The notes: a model not told the origin generated them from the sequence alone. A DNA stretch of 64,000 bases from an uncultured delta proteobacterium (GCA_963822965.1 CAWGJT010000007.1:45865-109864); one strand, 5' to 3'. Numbered from the stretch's first letter, positions 20,825 to 33,660 are shown. Made by a program: numbers and translations.

Positions 20825-21630
20825 GCGACGAGCTGCGCGTGATCCCGACCGACGTCCGGCCCGAGGGCGCCACCTGCAAGAAGGGCTTCGGCTCGCCGCT
20901 CCAGCTCTCGCAGGACCACGACCTGTGCCCGGGCTGCGGCGAGCCCGTTGCGCTGCGGGCGATCCTCGACGCCGTCGAGGCGCTCGAGGTCCAGCAGCGC
21001 ACCATCGGCGTGGTCGGGATCGGCTGCTACACGGCGCTCACCAGCCTGATCGACCTCGACCTCGTCCAGGCGCTCCACGGCCGCGCGCCGTCGGTCGCGA
21101 CCGGTGCCAAGCGCATGCGTCCCGACGCGCTGCTCTTCACGCTCCAGGGTGACGGCGACATGGTGAATGAGGGCCTCCAGGAGGTGATCCACACCGCGGC
21201 GCGCGGCGAGAACGTGACGTGCATCCTGCTGAACAATGGCGTGTTCGGCGAGACCGGTGGGCACATGACGGCGACCACCGTGCTCGGCCAGCGCACCAAG
21301 AACTCGCTGGAGGGCCGCAACGCGGACTATCACGGCCATCCGATCCTGATCGCCGACCTGCTCGCCCGGCTCGGCGGCACGAGCTACGTGGCGCGCGCCA
21401 GCGTCCACGACGCGGCGGGCGTCGCGCGCACGCGCCGCGCGCTCGAGCGCGCCTTCACGTCGCAGCTGAAGGGCGAGGGGTTCTCGTTCGTCGAGATCCT
21501 CACCATGTGCCCGACGGGCTGGTTCGTCCCGACCGCCGAAGGGCCGGGATATCTCGACGAGGTCCTGGGCGCGGTGCACCGTGTGGGCGAGCTCAAGCGC
21601 GATGGCGAGCTGATCGCGCCCGAGGGATGA
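20821..21630 (+). CDS. 2-oxoacid:ferredoxin oxidoreductase beta subunit (TPP-binding)
   Basis: LCPGCG, GIGC, HGRA, QGDGD...NN motifs. Confidence 0.9.
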   Translation: MSDELRVIPTDVRPEGATCKKGFGSPLQLSQDHDLCPGCGEPVALRAILDAVEALEVQQRTIGVVGIGCYTALTSLIDLDLVQALHGRAPSVATGAKRMRPDALLFTLQGDGDMVNEGLQEVIHTAARGENVTCILLNNGVFGETGGHMTATTVLGQRTKNSLEGRNADYHGHPILIADLLARLGGTSYVARASVHDAAGVARTRRALERAFTSQLKGEGFSFVEILTMCPTGWFVPTAEGPGYLDEVLGAVHRVGELKRDGELIAPEG

Positions 21631-21743
21631 CCGGGGAAGCGCAGGACGTCGTCCTCGGCGAAGGTGCCGAGCTCGAGCCAGGTCGAAGTCCCTCTCGGAG
21701 AGGAGCCACCCCAGGCACCGCCATGCGCCGGTGCACGCCGCGC

Positions 21744-22130
21744 CTAGCGCGGCGAGGTCGCTACCCCGAAGAACGCGCCGACGACCGCGAGCGCTCCCGT
21801 GTAGACGAAGACGATCGCCGGCACGGCTCGTTCCCAGCCCGAGGTGGCGTCTCGACCGAAGAGGGCGCCCGTGAACGCAGCGGCCACCAACGCCATGCCG
21901 ACGGCCATGGTCAGCGCGCTCGCCGCCATCCGGCCGAAGCCGCCGCGGCCGAGCCGTCCCGCGACGAAGCCTCCGATGACCGGTCCGAGCGGTCCGAGGA
22001 CGAAGTGGAGCAAGGGGACGGCGACACACGCGATCGAGACCAGGAATCCGGCGATGCCGGCCACGAGGCCCGCGAAGACGCCCAGGCGGTCGAGCGGATG
22101 CGTCGGAGGCGGGGGTTGCGAGGCGGCCAT
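21744..22130 (-). CDS. hypothetical membrane protein
   Basis: Four hydrophobic segments, plausible codon pattern. Confidence 0.6.
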   Translation of the reverse strand: MAASQPPPPTHPLDRLGVFAGLVAGIAGFLVSIACVAVPLLHFVLGPLGPVIGGFVAGRLGRGGFGRMAASALTMAVGMALVAAAFTGALFGRDATSGWERAVPAIVFVYTGALAVVGAFFGVATSPR

Positions 22131-22213
22131 CCGGCGAGCCTACCGCGCGTCCGGCCGCGTCGTCATGCGGGCTGGCTGCGGTCGAGGGCGCATCGTCCCG
22201 ACCGGGCTGCGGC

Positions 22214-24172
22214 TCAGGTGAGCGGCTGACCGGGGAGGAGCGGCGGCATCGGGGCGCCCAGGGTGTCGGCGATCGCTCGCATCATCTCTCCCTGGGCCTC
22301 GGAGACGACGCCGTCGGCCGCGATGGCCGCCGCGCAGGCCGGGAGCAGCTGCTCGACGGCGCGCGCGTCGGCGTTCGCGAGCCGGACGAGCGCGCCTTCG
22401 AGGGCGTCGAGCCCCGAGCGCTCCGCAGGCAGCAGCTGCAGTCCGAGCCGGGGCAGCTTCGCGGCACCCTGGTCGAAGGCCTTCTGGACGGCCTCCGCGC
22501 CGGGGCTCCCGAAGCGTGCGAGCACCGAGAGCGCGACGCTGCACTCGGCCGCGAGATCCGAGAGCGGGAGGTTCGCCTTCGCTCGAGACGCCGTCCGCTC
22601 GAAGTGGGGCCGCAGGTGCGCGAGCAGGATGCGCTGGAGCGTCCACTCGAACAGGTCGATCTTGTCGTCCGCCTCGACCAGGGCCCTCACGTTCGTCTTG
22701 AAGGCCGCGTACTGGCGCGGGGAGAGGCGCCGCAGGGCCGGCAGCGCCAGGTCGACCAGCGGCAGACGCACGCGGGAGTCGAGACGTTCGACGTCCCGAA
22801 GCAGCCCGCGTGTCTCGTCGGCGATGCCCGGCTCGCCGAAGCGCGCGAGCTGCTCGAGCTGGCGTCGCCGTGCCGCTTCGTCGCGGTTGACGAGCAGCGC
22901 GTACAGCACCGCCCGAGCGCCGTGGGGCTCGTGGCAGGCGGCGACCACCGTGGGCGGGAGGCTGGCCAGCAGACGGGTCGCGTAGTCGAGGTGGGCGGCG
23001 GTGGGCTCGCCCACCTGGTCGATCGCCGGTGCTCCCGGGGTCCGGGGCGGCGGCGTCCCGGGCGCAGCGGCCGTGCCCGCGAAGCCTGCGGCGGCCGTGC
23101 CCGCGAAGCCCGCGGCGGCCGAAGCCGGCAGCCCTTCCGCGGCGGCGGTCGACGGCACGGCGCCCGTGAAGTCGGGCTCGAGCCGCCGGATGCGCTCGGT
23201 CAGCGGCGGATGGGTGGCGAACAGCGACTGCAGCCCGCCCCGCAGTCCCTCGCTGAAGTAGAGGTGACTGGCCTCGGGAGCGGACGGGCTCACCAGGATC
23301 GAGCCGGCCTCGAGGCCCGCGATCTTCTTGAGCGCGCCGGCGATGCCGGCCGGGTTGCGGGTGAACTGGACCGCCGACGCGTCCGCGAGGAACTCGTGCT
23401 GCCGGCTCACCGAGGCCTTGATGAGGTTGCCGAAGAAGGTTCCCAGGAAGCCCACGACCATCAGCCCGAAGCCCGCCAGCAGGATCACGGTGCCGGTGTT
23501 GTCGCGGCTGCCGCGCCGACCGCCGGCGAACATCGACGAGCGCAGCAGGAAGTAGCCGATGATCCCGATGAGCAGGATCCCGTGGATCGCACCCATCAGC
23601 CGGATGTTGAGCCGCATGTCCCCGTTCAGGATGTGGCTGAACTCGTGCGCGATGACGCCCTGTAGCTCGTCGCGGCTCAGGTGGTGGATGCAGCCCCGGG
23701 TGACGGCGATGACCGCGTCGCTCGGGGTGAAGCCCGCCGCGAAGGCGTTGATGCCCTCCTCGTCCACCAGCACGTAGACGGGCGGCGTGGGCGTCCCGCT
23801 CGCGATCGCCATCTCCTCCACCACGTTCAGGATCTTGCGCGCTTCCGGATCACGGGTGTCCGTCGGGATGAGCTGGCCGCCCAGGTGCTCGGCGACCACC
23901 GCCCCGCCGCCCCGCAGCTGCCAGATCTTGTACAGGCTGCCGCCGGCCACCACCGCGAGGGTGGCGAGCCCGACCTGGACGAAGAGGTCCGGCTGCCACA
24001 AGGGGACGGGGAGGGCGCGGCCGTAGGCGTCGGTGTGCGAGAGACCCGTGAGGGCGACGGCCAGCGCGTAGGTGAGCGCCACGATACCCACGACCGCGCA
24101 CCCGAACAGGAACACGAGCCACGCGCTCTGCCGGCGCGCCTCCTCCTGGTGCTCGAAGAAACGGGTGGCCAT
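22214..24172 (-). CDS. M48 family (HtpX-like) zinc metallopeptidase
   Basis: NAFAAG, HEFSH, EFLADA, THPPL motifs; adjacent to lemA. Confidence 0.9.
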   Translation of the reverse strand: MATRFFEHQEEARRQSAWLVFLFGCAVVGIVALTYALAVALTGLSHTDAYGRALPVPLWQPDLFVQVGLATLAVVAGGSLYKIWQLRGGGAVVAEHLGGQLIPTDTRDPEARKILNVVEEMAIASGTPTPPVYVLVDEEGINAFAAGFTPSDAVIAVTRGCIHHLSRDELQGVIAHEFSHILNGDMRLNIRLMGAIHGILLIGIIGYFLLRSSMFAGGRRGSRDNTGTVILLAGFGLMVVGFLGTFFGNLIKASVSRQHEFLADASAVQFTRNPAGIAGALKKIAGLEAGSILVSPSAPEASHLYFSEGLRGGLQSLFATHPPLTERIRRLEPDFTGAVPSTAAAEGLPASAAAGFAGTAAAGFAGTAAAPGTPPPRTPGAPAIDQVGEPTAAHLDYATRLLASLPPTVVAACHEPHGARAVLYALLVNRDEAARRRQLEQLARFGEPGIADETRGLLRDVERLDSRVRLPLVDLALPALRRLSPRQYAAFKTNVRALVEADDKIDLFEWTLQRILLAHLRPHFERTASRAKANLPLSDLAAECSVALSVLARFGSPGAEAVQKAFDQGAAKLPRLGLQLLPAERSGLDALEGALVRLANADARAVEQLLPACAAAIAADGVVSEAQGEMMRAIADTLGAPMPPLLPGQPLT

Positions 24173-24202
24173 CAGGATCGTCCGTCGCTCAGCGCCTGCC
24201 GC

Positions 24203-24796
24203 TCAGGAGAACGACACCTTCGGCGGCTCGGCGATCGCCTGGGTGTCGAACTCGAGCAACGAGGCGTCCGTCGGGTGGCCGAAGGCGCCGGCGAGCAGCA
24301 CCGCCGGGAAGCTCTGGCGGTAGGTGTTGTAGGCGGTCACCGCGTCGTTGAACGCCTGGCGCGCGAAGGAGACCTTGTTCTCGGTCGAGGTCAGCTCCTC
24401 GGTGAGCTGCTGCATGTTCTGGCTCGCCTTCAGGTCCGGATACGACTCGGACAGCGCGAGCAGGCGACCCATCGCCCCCCCGAGCACGCCTTCGGCGGCG
24501 CCCAGCTTCTTCATGGCCTCGGGGTCGCCGGGGTCGCTGGCGGCGGCGGCCAGCCCCGAAGCGGCCTGGTTGCGGGCCTGGACGACCGCCTCGAGGGTCT
24601 GTCGCTCGTGGGCCATGTAGCCCTTGACGGTCTCCACCAGGTTGGGGATCAGGTCGTGCCGCCGCTTGAGCTGCACCTCGATCTGGGCGAAGCCGTTCTT
24701 GTAGCGGTTCCGGAGCACCACCAGGCGGTTGTAGATCCCGACGACGAAGACCACCACGACGATGGCGACGACGGCGAGGACGATGAGAGCGGTCAT
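24203..24796 (-). CDS. lemA: LemA family protein
   Basis: QIEVQLKRRHDLIPNLVETVKGY, YPDLKA, ARQAFNDAV. Confidence 0.93.
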   Translation of the reverse strand: MTALIVLAVVAIVVVVFVVGIYNRLVVLRNRYKNGFAQIEVQLKRRHDLIPNLVETVKGYMAHERQTLEAVVQARNQAASGLAAAASDPGDPEAMKKLGAAEGVLGGAMGRLLALSESYPDLKASQNMQQLTEELTSTENKVSFARQAFNDAVTAYNTYRQSFPAVLLAGAFGHPTDASLLEFDTQAIAEPPKVSFS

Positions 24797-24940
24797 TTTC
24801 CCTCCCTGTCGGGCGCGCGGGCGACGCTTGGCGCGGCGCGACGTCCCCACGATAGGACATCGCCCGACCCCTTTCGGATCCCGGAAGCCGGGCGCCTGTC
24901 TTACAATCCCGCGGCCCCCCGGACCCACCGGAGACCCTCC

Positions 24941-27813
24941 TTGAAGCGTTCGATCCCGTCCCGTGTGGAGCGTCCGGCTCCGCGCCGCCCCCCGCTCCTG
25001 CTCCTGGCCCTGGTCCTGCTGGTGGCGTGCGTCTCGCTGCCGTGGCGCGCTCCGTCGATCATCCAGAGCCCGAACGACCCCCGCAGCTACCGCGCGCTCA
25101 CCCTCGACAACGGGCTGGTGGTGCTGCTCGCGTCGGACCCGACCGCCGACAAGGCGGCCGCGGCGCTCACGGTCTTCCGGGGAAGCTACGACGACCCGAA
25201 GGACCGGCCGGGGCTCGCTCACTTCCTCGAGCACATGCTCTTCCTGGGAACCGCGAAGTACCCGAGCGTCGACGGCTACCAGGGTTACATCACCACCCAC
25301 GGCGGGACCACCAACGCCTACACGGCCTCGGACCACACCAGCTTCTTCTTCGACATCCAGCCCGACTTCTTCGAGGGGGCCCTCGATCGCTTCGCGCAGT
25401 TCTTCATCGCACCGACCTTCGACGCCGCCTACGTCGAGCGCGAGAAGAACGCCGTCGACTCCGAGTACCACCTGTACCTGAAGGACGATGACCGGCGCTC
25501 CTCGGCCGTAGAGGAGGAGGTCATGAACCCCGCGCATCCGGGCGCGCGCTTCTCGGTCGGGAGCCTGGCCACCCTCGCGGGCGACGTGCGCGCGGACCTG
25601 CTCGCGTTCTACCGCACCCACTACTCCGCCGATCAGATGGCGCTGGTCGTGATCGGCAACCAGTCCCTCGACGAGCTGCAGACCTGGGTGCGCGAGAAGT
25701 TCTCCCCCATTCCGCGCCGCAAGCTCGCGAAGCCGGCCCCCATCCCCCGATCTTCGCGCCGGGAACCCTGCCGCGGAAGCTCGTCTACCAGACCGTCGAG
25801 AACAAGCGCGAGCTGGTCTACAACTTCCCGGTGCCGGCGCTCGACCCGTACTTCCGCGAGAAGCCCGGCGACTACGTCGCCAACCTGCTGGGCCACGAGG
25901 GCGTCGGCAGCCTCCACGCCCGGCTCGAGGCCCGCGGCTGGATCGAGGAGCTGAGCGCCGGCGCGATCCGCTACGACGCGGACAACGCCCTGATCACGGT
26001 CTCGATCCAGCTCAGCGACGAAGGCTGGAAGCACCAGGACGACATCACCCGGGCGCTCTTCGACTACATCGCGCTGATCCGCAGCAGCGGCGTCGAGAAG
26101 TGGCGCTACCAGGAGCAGGCCGAGATCTCCGATCTGGCGTTCCGCTTCCAGCGGCGGCAGTCGCCGCTGGCCTTCGCCTATACCACGTCCCCGAACCTGC
26201 AGCTCTACCCGGTGCGCGACGTGTTGGTCGCGCGGTACCTGATGGAGCACTACGACCCGAAGGGGATCGACCGCTACCTGGACGCGCTGCGCCCCGACAA
26301 CCTGCTGCTCGAGGTGAGCGGACCGAACGTCGAGACCGACGCCGTCGAGCCGTGGTTCCAGGTACCCTACGCCCAGACGCCCCTGAAGCTCGACCTCGGC
26401 TCCCCGTCGCCGGCCGAGCTCGGGCTCGTGCTGCCGCCCCCCAACGAGTTCGTGCCGACGAATCTCGCGCTCATCGATCAGTCCCCGTCCCGCCCGACGC
26501 GGATCGACTCGACGGCAGGGCTGTCGTTCTGGTGGGCGCCGGATGCGAGCTTCGGCACGCCGCGCGCGACGACCTATGTGCGCCTCGACGTCCCGGGCGG
26601 CCTCGACTCCCCGACCGACGCGGCCTACGCGCGCCTCTACGCCCGTCTCGTGGTCGACGCGCTCAACACCTTCGCGTATCCGGCGCAGATCGCGGGGCTG
26701 GGCTACGACGTCGGCGTCCAGCCCAACGGCTTCCTCGTCACCGTCACGGGCTACGACGACAAGCAGCCGCTGTTGCTGCATCACATCCTCGACGTCTTCG
26801 GCAGCGTCGAGCCCACGGCGCCGAAGGTCTCGGGCTATCGCGACGAGCTGCTTCGTTCGTGGGAGAACTTCACCGCGCAGCCACCCTACCAGCAGGCGCT
26901 CGCGAGCCTCTCCAACGTGATGATCGCGGGCGACTGGCCGCCTGCGCGCTTGTCGGAGGCGCTCCACGACGTCACGCCGGCGAGCCTCGCGGCCTGGCGG
27001 CACGATCGTCTCGACCACTACGGTGCCCTCGTGCTGATGCACGGCAACGTCGACGCCCGGAAGGCGGCGGCCGTCTCTCGGATGATCGAGACGACCCTGA
27101 AGCTCGCTCCCGTCGACGTCGCCCCGGACACCGTCGCCCGGCTGCCCGCCGGAGACTTCACGTTCGCCTTGAACGCCCGGAGCGACGACGCCGCCATGCT
27201 CCTCTACCTGCAGGGCGCCGACCCGTCGTTCGAGGAGCGAGCGCGCTTCGGACTGACCTCCCAGGTCCTGCGGACCCCGTACTACGACGACCTGCGCACC
27301 CAGCAGCAGCTCGGTTACGTGGTGGCCGTGACCCCGTCGGTGCTGCGCCGGACTCCCGGCCTCGCGTTCGTCGTGCAGAGCCCGGTGTCCGGCCCCGGCG
27401 CGCTGCTCGAGGCGACGAAGACGTTTCTCGACGGCTACCGCGGCAAGCTGGCCCGGACGTCCGCCGACGAGCTCTCCGCCTACGAGCAGGGCCTGATCGG
27501 CCTGCTGCTCGAGAAGGACAAGAACCTCGCCGATCGCAGTCAGCGCTACTGGAGGGATCTGGACGTCGGGATCACCAGCTTCGACTCGCGCGAGCAGATC
27601 GCTGCTCGCATCGATCGAATCGATCTGCCGGCCCTGATGAAGTTCTACGACCGCCTGCTCGAGCTGGTGCAGACCCGCCGGCTGGTGATCTACAGCGCCG
27701 GCCGCTTCCACGATCGGCCGCCCGGAACGGCCGTCGCCGACGTCGGCGCGTTCCGGTCCGCGGCGGGTGTCGTCACCCCGGACGCGGCGCCGCGCGCCAG
27801 CGCCACGCCCTAG
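24941..27813 (+). CDS. M16A insulinase/pitrilysin-like peptidase (frameshift near 25745)
   Basis: GLAHFLEHMLFLG (HXXEH), NAYT, LRTQQQLGY; split over ORFs 23681..25954 and 25831..27813. Confidence 0.88.
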
Positions 27814-27868
27814 CCAGCGCTGCCGCCGCGTCGTTCGGTTACCCTCGCTCCGACGAGGGAGCCCATCG

Positions 27869-29014
27869 ATGGCCTACGAGATCAAGCGCTTTCCGTTCGA
27901 CGGGACGATCGACGCCGACGGCCACGTCCTCGAGCCGCCGGACCTGTGGGAGGAGTACCTGCCGGCGGCGCTGCGCGCGCGCGCGCTCCGCATCCGGGTC
28001 GACGCCGACGGCTACGAGTATCTCGAGATCGACGGTCGGCCTTCCAGACGGTCGCGACGCGGCTCCATCGGAGTGCTCGGCGCGATGGGCGACGAAGACC
28101 AGCGGCCGCGCCCCGACCGGCGCTACGCGGACAGCATGCCCTATGGTGCCTGTGACGCGAAGGAGCGGATCTCGCTGCTCGATCGGGAGAACCTCGACGC
28201 CGCACTCCTCTATCCCACGCTGGGCCTGCTGTGGGAGTGGGAGCTCACCGACCCCGAGCTGAGCCTCGCGTACTGCAGCGCGTACAACCGCTGGATCGCC
28301 GACTTCTGTCGCGACAGTGGCGGGCGCCTGGTGCCGATCGCCCAGCTCACCCTGCTCGATCCGGAGGGCTCGGCGCGCGAGCTCGAGCGCGCCGTCCGCG
28401 GCGGCTGCAAGGGAGCCTGGGTGAATCCCTTCAACCATCGTCGCGTGCTCCACGGCCACACCGATCACGACGTCCTCCACGCGAAGTGCGTCGAGCTCGA
28501 CGTTCCGCTCGCGATCCACCCGACCTTCACACCCCACGACAGGCCCGCGGAGGGAATCTTCGACTGGCCGCGCCACGCCGTAGCGCTCGCGGGTGCCCTC
28601 TGGCTGCGGGGCATCGTCCAGCAGGCCTTCATCTCCTACATCGCCCTCGGTACGCTCGACCGCTTCCCGACGCTCCGGATCGGCATCCTCGAGGCCGGCT
28701 CCGGCTGGGTCGGCGCGATGCTCGACCGGCTGGACGCAGTGGCATCCGCTCTGGGGATCTCGCAGAGGGGCGGCCCGAGTGCATCCGAGCGCTTCCGCCG
28801 CCAGTGCTTCGTCTCGGGCGACCCCGACGAGACGACGGCGCCGCACACCATCGACCCCGTGGGCGCCGACTGCTTCCTGTGGGCGACCGACTACCCGCAT
28901 CCCGATCACCCCCACACGTGGGTGGACGATCTGACGCGCTACGCGGAGCAGCTGACTCCCGAGACGCGCGCGAAGGTGCTGGGCGACAACGTCCGCCGGA
29001 TCTATCGGCTCTGA
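27869..29014 (+). CDS. amidohydrolase family protein
   Basis: IDADGH, AIHP, LEAGSGW, WATDYPH motifs. Confidence 0.9.
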   Translation: MAYEIKRFPFDGTIDADGHVLEPPDLWEEYLPAALRARALRIRVDADGYEYLEIDGRPSRRSRRGSIGVLGAMGDEDQRPRPDRRYADSMPYGACDAKERISLLDRENLDAALLYPTLGLLWEWELTDPELSLAYCSAYNRWIADFCRDSGGRLVPIAQLTLLDPEGSARELERAVRGGCKGAWVNPFNHRRVLHGHTDHDVLHAKCVELDVPLAIHPTFTPHDRPAEGIFDWPRHAVALAGALWLRGIVQQAFISYIALGTLDRFPTLRIGILEAGSGWVGAMLDRLDAVASALGISQRGGPSASERFRRQCFVSGDPDETTAPHTIDPVGADCFLWATDYPHPDHPHTWVDDLTRYAEQLTPETRAKVLGDNVRRIYRL

Positions 29015-29057
29015 CCCGCCACGCCGATCTGACCGACCGATGCGCCGGCGTTGGGGG

Positions 29058-29139
29058 ATAGGACATTCGAGCTGGGTTTCGGCGTGAGGCCCGAGCAGGG
29101 GTGCTATCTGAAGCCCCTGGGGGGAGCCCCGCGGTGGGG
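29058..29139 (+). repeat. oriIS-like/dif-like module copy 1 (degenerate): AGGCCCGAGCA-GGGGTG-CTATCTGAAGC at 29087-29114
   Basis: Gap-free colinear alignment with the other copies from ATAGGAC through the GC-rich tail. Confidence 0.65.
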
Positions 29140-29357
29140 CAGCTGCTTCGCGCCTTCGAGGGGGCTCTCTGGATGGCGGGTCCGGCCGGCGGTCCGAGCG
29201 CCGTCCAGGCCCGGGGCCCCAGGCGTCCGTATCCGTTGCTGAAACCCGTCGGCCCGCGGGATGCGGGCTCGACCCGCAGCGGGCCGGGGTTTTCCGATCG
29301 TAGGTGCGCCGAGCCGCCGTCGCCTGGAATTCGGTTTGTAGAACGGCGGGTTGCGCG

Positions 29358-29386
29358 TTGACGGAACACCGCAGGGCTGTCACAAT
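29358..29386 (+). promoter_or_regulatory. sigma70-like promoter
   Basis: TTGACG-17bp-CACAAT with extended -10 TG, upstream of the PEP-CTERM gene. Confidence 0.55.
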
Positions 29387-29449
29387 CGGCGCTGCTGCGG
29401 TTTTCGGTGGGTTGGCCGTCAACACGAGCTGACTCGACCAGGAGTTGTC

Positions 29450-29770
29450 ATGAAGTCGTCGGTTGGATTCTCTGCTCTGGTTCTTGCTCTTTTCCTGATT
29501 GCGACTCCCGCATTCGCGACGGGTGTGTCCTGGTTCAACTATTCGAGTGGAGGCAGCTGGAGCTCGGGTGGAGACAGCTGGAGCTCGGGTGGAGACAGCT
29601 GGAGCTCGGGTGGAGATAGCTGGAGCTCCAACCACGAGCGGAGGCACCGCTGCTACTACAACTGCACGGTCTCCACGAACCCCGTTCCCGAACCCACTGC
29701 GGCGCTCGTGTTCGCCGTCGGTACGCTGGTGATCGGAGGGGGTATCCGCAGGAGTCGCCGCTCCAGCTGA
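29450..29770 (+). CDS. small PEP-CTERM protein with (SWSSGGD)n repeats
   Basis: Signal peptide, 21-bp repeats, VPEPTAALVFAVGTLVIGGGIRRSRR. Confidence 0.88.
   Translation: MKSSVGFSALVLALFLIATPAFATGVSWFNYSSGGSWSSGGDSWSSGGDSWSSGGDSWSSNHERRHRCYYNCTVSTNPVPEPTAALVFAVGTLVIGGGIRRSRRSS
29555..29628 (+). repeat. 21-bp tandem repeat x3.5
   Basis: agctggagctcgggtggagac units. Confidence 0.9.
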
Positions 29771-30034
29771 TCCCGCCCCGGCGCCAGGAGGGTCGAATCG
29801 TCCGAGGGCCGCTCTCGCCGAGAGCGGCCCTCGCTTCGTCTGGGCCGCCCGTCGACGGGAGTGCCATGACACACCGAAGTGATCGTCTCGCGCGGCGCCG
29901 AGGACTGCTCGCGAGTCCACCCGGGTGCCGCGGTCGATTCGAAGCCAGTCGCGGACTGTCTCCAGGTCTGCACCCTTGCTGACGCGATACTTCGACGAAA
30001 AGCTGGCGAGCGCTTCGTGGCCGAAGGCCACTTT

Positions 30035-30066
30035 GCGAACCCCCGACCCTCAGGTTCGAAGACCGA
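30035..30066 (-). other. tRNA-Arg(TCG)-like fragment (att remnant), copy A
   Basis: Minus strand tcggt-cttcgaa-cctga-gggtc-ggggg-ttcg resembles anticodon arm, variable loop and T-arm start; 27/32 identical to 33332-33363. Confidence 0.5.
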
Positions 30067-30378
30067 TCCAGACGCAAGCGATGACACGGGGTTGCGGTCG
30101 CGGCTCTGCAGATCGCGGCATGGGGCGGCGTAGAGGGGCGTGGAATCCGGCTCTGGCGGCTCTGTCCGGCTCCGGCGGGCGTTGGCTGGGGAACCCGGAG
30201 CCCAGCATGGCTGACTGCGCTCTCCGCGGTGCCCATCCGGCAGGGTGTGGCCGTCCTCCACCTCCCTCGCGGCCCCGCGCGGAGCCCGATGGTCGCGGGG
30301 CCCCCGCACTGGATATGGGCGTCATGTCGAGGCGATCCCGACGGCGTAAGCTCTCGGGGAACGCGCCGCGGAGGCCCC

Positions 30379-31611
30379 ATGAGCGTCGACCAGCGAACCC
30401 GCATGATGAAGGACGTCCGCCCGCTCTCCACGGAAGAGGTGCTGGACGTCGTCCTTCCGGGAGCCATCGCGGCGCACGGCGAGCTCGCGGCGCGCGGCGC
30501 GAGCTTCCGCAAGGTCCACCCCCTCGGACTCGAAATCGAAGCGGGCGACGGCACGGCGTTCACCCTGCGCGCCCTGGGCCGGCGTCTCGTCTGCGAGTCG
30601 GGCCTCGAGGCGGCCGGAATCGTCGCGCGGCTTTCTGTGGACGCGCTCTCGGACCTCGTGCAGGACTACCAGTCCACCATGGGTCTCATGATGACCGGCC
30701 GCGTGCAGGTGGTGCGCGGTGAGACGACCGACTGGCTCACCTGGGAGCCCGTCCTGCGCGCGCTCCTCGATGGCCGGCGTGTCTACGAAACGGGCGACGT
30801 GACGTTCCGGGACCTCGAAGGCCAGCCCCTCGACCTGGACCGCGTCTTCAACATCGACGGCGACCGCGAGGAGATGGCGCACTTTCTCGCCGAGGCGGGC
30901 TTCCTGCACGTACGCGGGGTGTTCGAGGAAGACGAGATGGCCGCGGTCGGCCGCGACATCGATCACTTCGTTTCCCTGGCGCGCCCGGACGACGGCGACT
31001 CCTGGTGGGCCGAGGACGCCCTGGGCAACGCCCAGGCGGTGCGGGTGCTGGAGTTCTACGAGAAGTCCGAGGCGCTGCGGGAGCTCGTCCACAGCGATCG
31101 CTACCAGTGGATCGGCGAGCTCACGGGCGACGGGCACGTGTACCGGCGCGGCGCCGAGGGCCTGGTGAAGCCCCTCGGCATCGTGAAGGGCCTCTCCGAT
31201 CTGCCCTGGCACAAGGACTGCGGGCAGGGGCGCCACTCCTACCTGTGCAACGCGCTCACCTGCGGCATCTCGGTGACGGGCGCGGACCGCGTGAGCGGCG
31301 CCCTCGGTGTCGTTCCGGGCTCCCACCGCGCCAACGTGATGATGCCCGGACGCGACCCGGTGATGGACCTCGAGGCGCGCATGCTCGAGACCCGCACGGG
31401 GGATGTCACCATCCACTGCAGCGACACCCTCCACCGCGCCCACCCTCCGACGGAGCGCCCGCGCAAGGTCGTCTACTCGGGCTTCCGCCTCCCCCTGCGT
31501 CCGGGCGACGAACCGATCGTCGAGGATCGCTACAGCAAGGAGGCTCGCGCGGAGCTCACTCATGTCGAGGACCGAATCGCGGCGGCGGGCCGGGCTTCGA
31601 GGTCTGCGTAG
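30379..31611 (+). CDS. phytanoyl-CoA dioxygenase (PhyH) family Fe(II)/2OG oxygenase
   Basis: LPWHKD, VVPGSH, GDVTIH...LHRA motifs. Confidence 0.85.
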   Translation: MSVDQRTRMMKDVRPLSTEEVLDVVLPGAIAAHGELAARGASFRKVHPLGLEIEAGDGTAFTLRALGRRLVCESGLEAAGIVARLSVDALSDLVQDYQSTMGLMMTGRVQVVRGETTDWLTWEPVLRALLDGRRVYETGDVTFRDLEGQPLDLDRVFNIDGDREEMAHFLAEAGFLHVRGVFEEDEMAAVGRDIDHFVSLARPDDGDSWWAEDALGNAQAVRVLEFYEKSEALRELVHSDRYQWIGELTGDGHVYRRGAEGLVKPLGIVKGLSDLPWHKDCGQGRHSYLCNALTCGISVTGADRVSGALGVVPGSHRANVMMPGRDPVMDLEARMLETRTGDVTIHCSDTLHRAHPPTERPRKVVYSGFRLPLRPGDEPIVEDRYSKEARAELTHVEDRIAAAGRASRSA

Positions 31612-31642
31612 TGCCCATGAGAGTCGTGCCGAGGAGAAGAGG

Positions 31643-33309
<1,667 letters not shown>

Positions 33310-33331
33310 GCGCGTACGCTGGAGCTGGCTC

Positions 33332-33363
33332 GCGAACCCTCGGCCCTCCGGTTCGAAGCCTGA
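33332..33363 (-). other. tRNA-Arg(TCG)-like fragment (att remnant), copy B
   Basis: Minus strand tcagg-cttcgaa-ccgga-gggcc-gaggg-ttcg. Confidence 0.5.
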
Positions 33364-33577
33364 ACGGACCTCGAGGAAGACCCACCAGTCACGCGATTGC
33401 GAGAGGGAATGAGGGGGAATACGAGGGAGTACGGGCACGTTCTGGTCACGTGCGCGGTCAACTCGACGATCCGGCACGGTCGTGTGAGGTCGTTATCGCC
33501 TGCGGAGGCGACGAGAGTCAGCGAAGATCAGCTGCGAATCTGGTCTCGTGGGCAACGCTGCACGAGGAGAAGTGGGG

Positions 33578-33660
33578 AGAGGGCGTGCAAGCTGCGTTTC
33601 GGCTCGACGCCCGGGTCTGGGCGTTGTGTCAATCTCCCCTCCGTGGTCACGGCGGCGGGC
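33578..33660 (+). repeat. oriIS-like/dif-like module copy 2: ACGCCCGGGTC-TGGGCG-TTGTGTCAATC at 33607-33634
   Basis: Colinear with the other copies; XerD-like arm has 1 mismatch to TTATGTCAATC. Confidence 0.8.

Noticed and set aside
29555..29628. Short direct repeats as a CRISPR array
   Set aside because: No spacers; in-frame coding repeat; no cas genes in the window.
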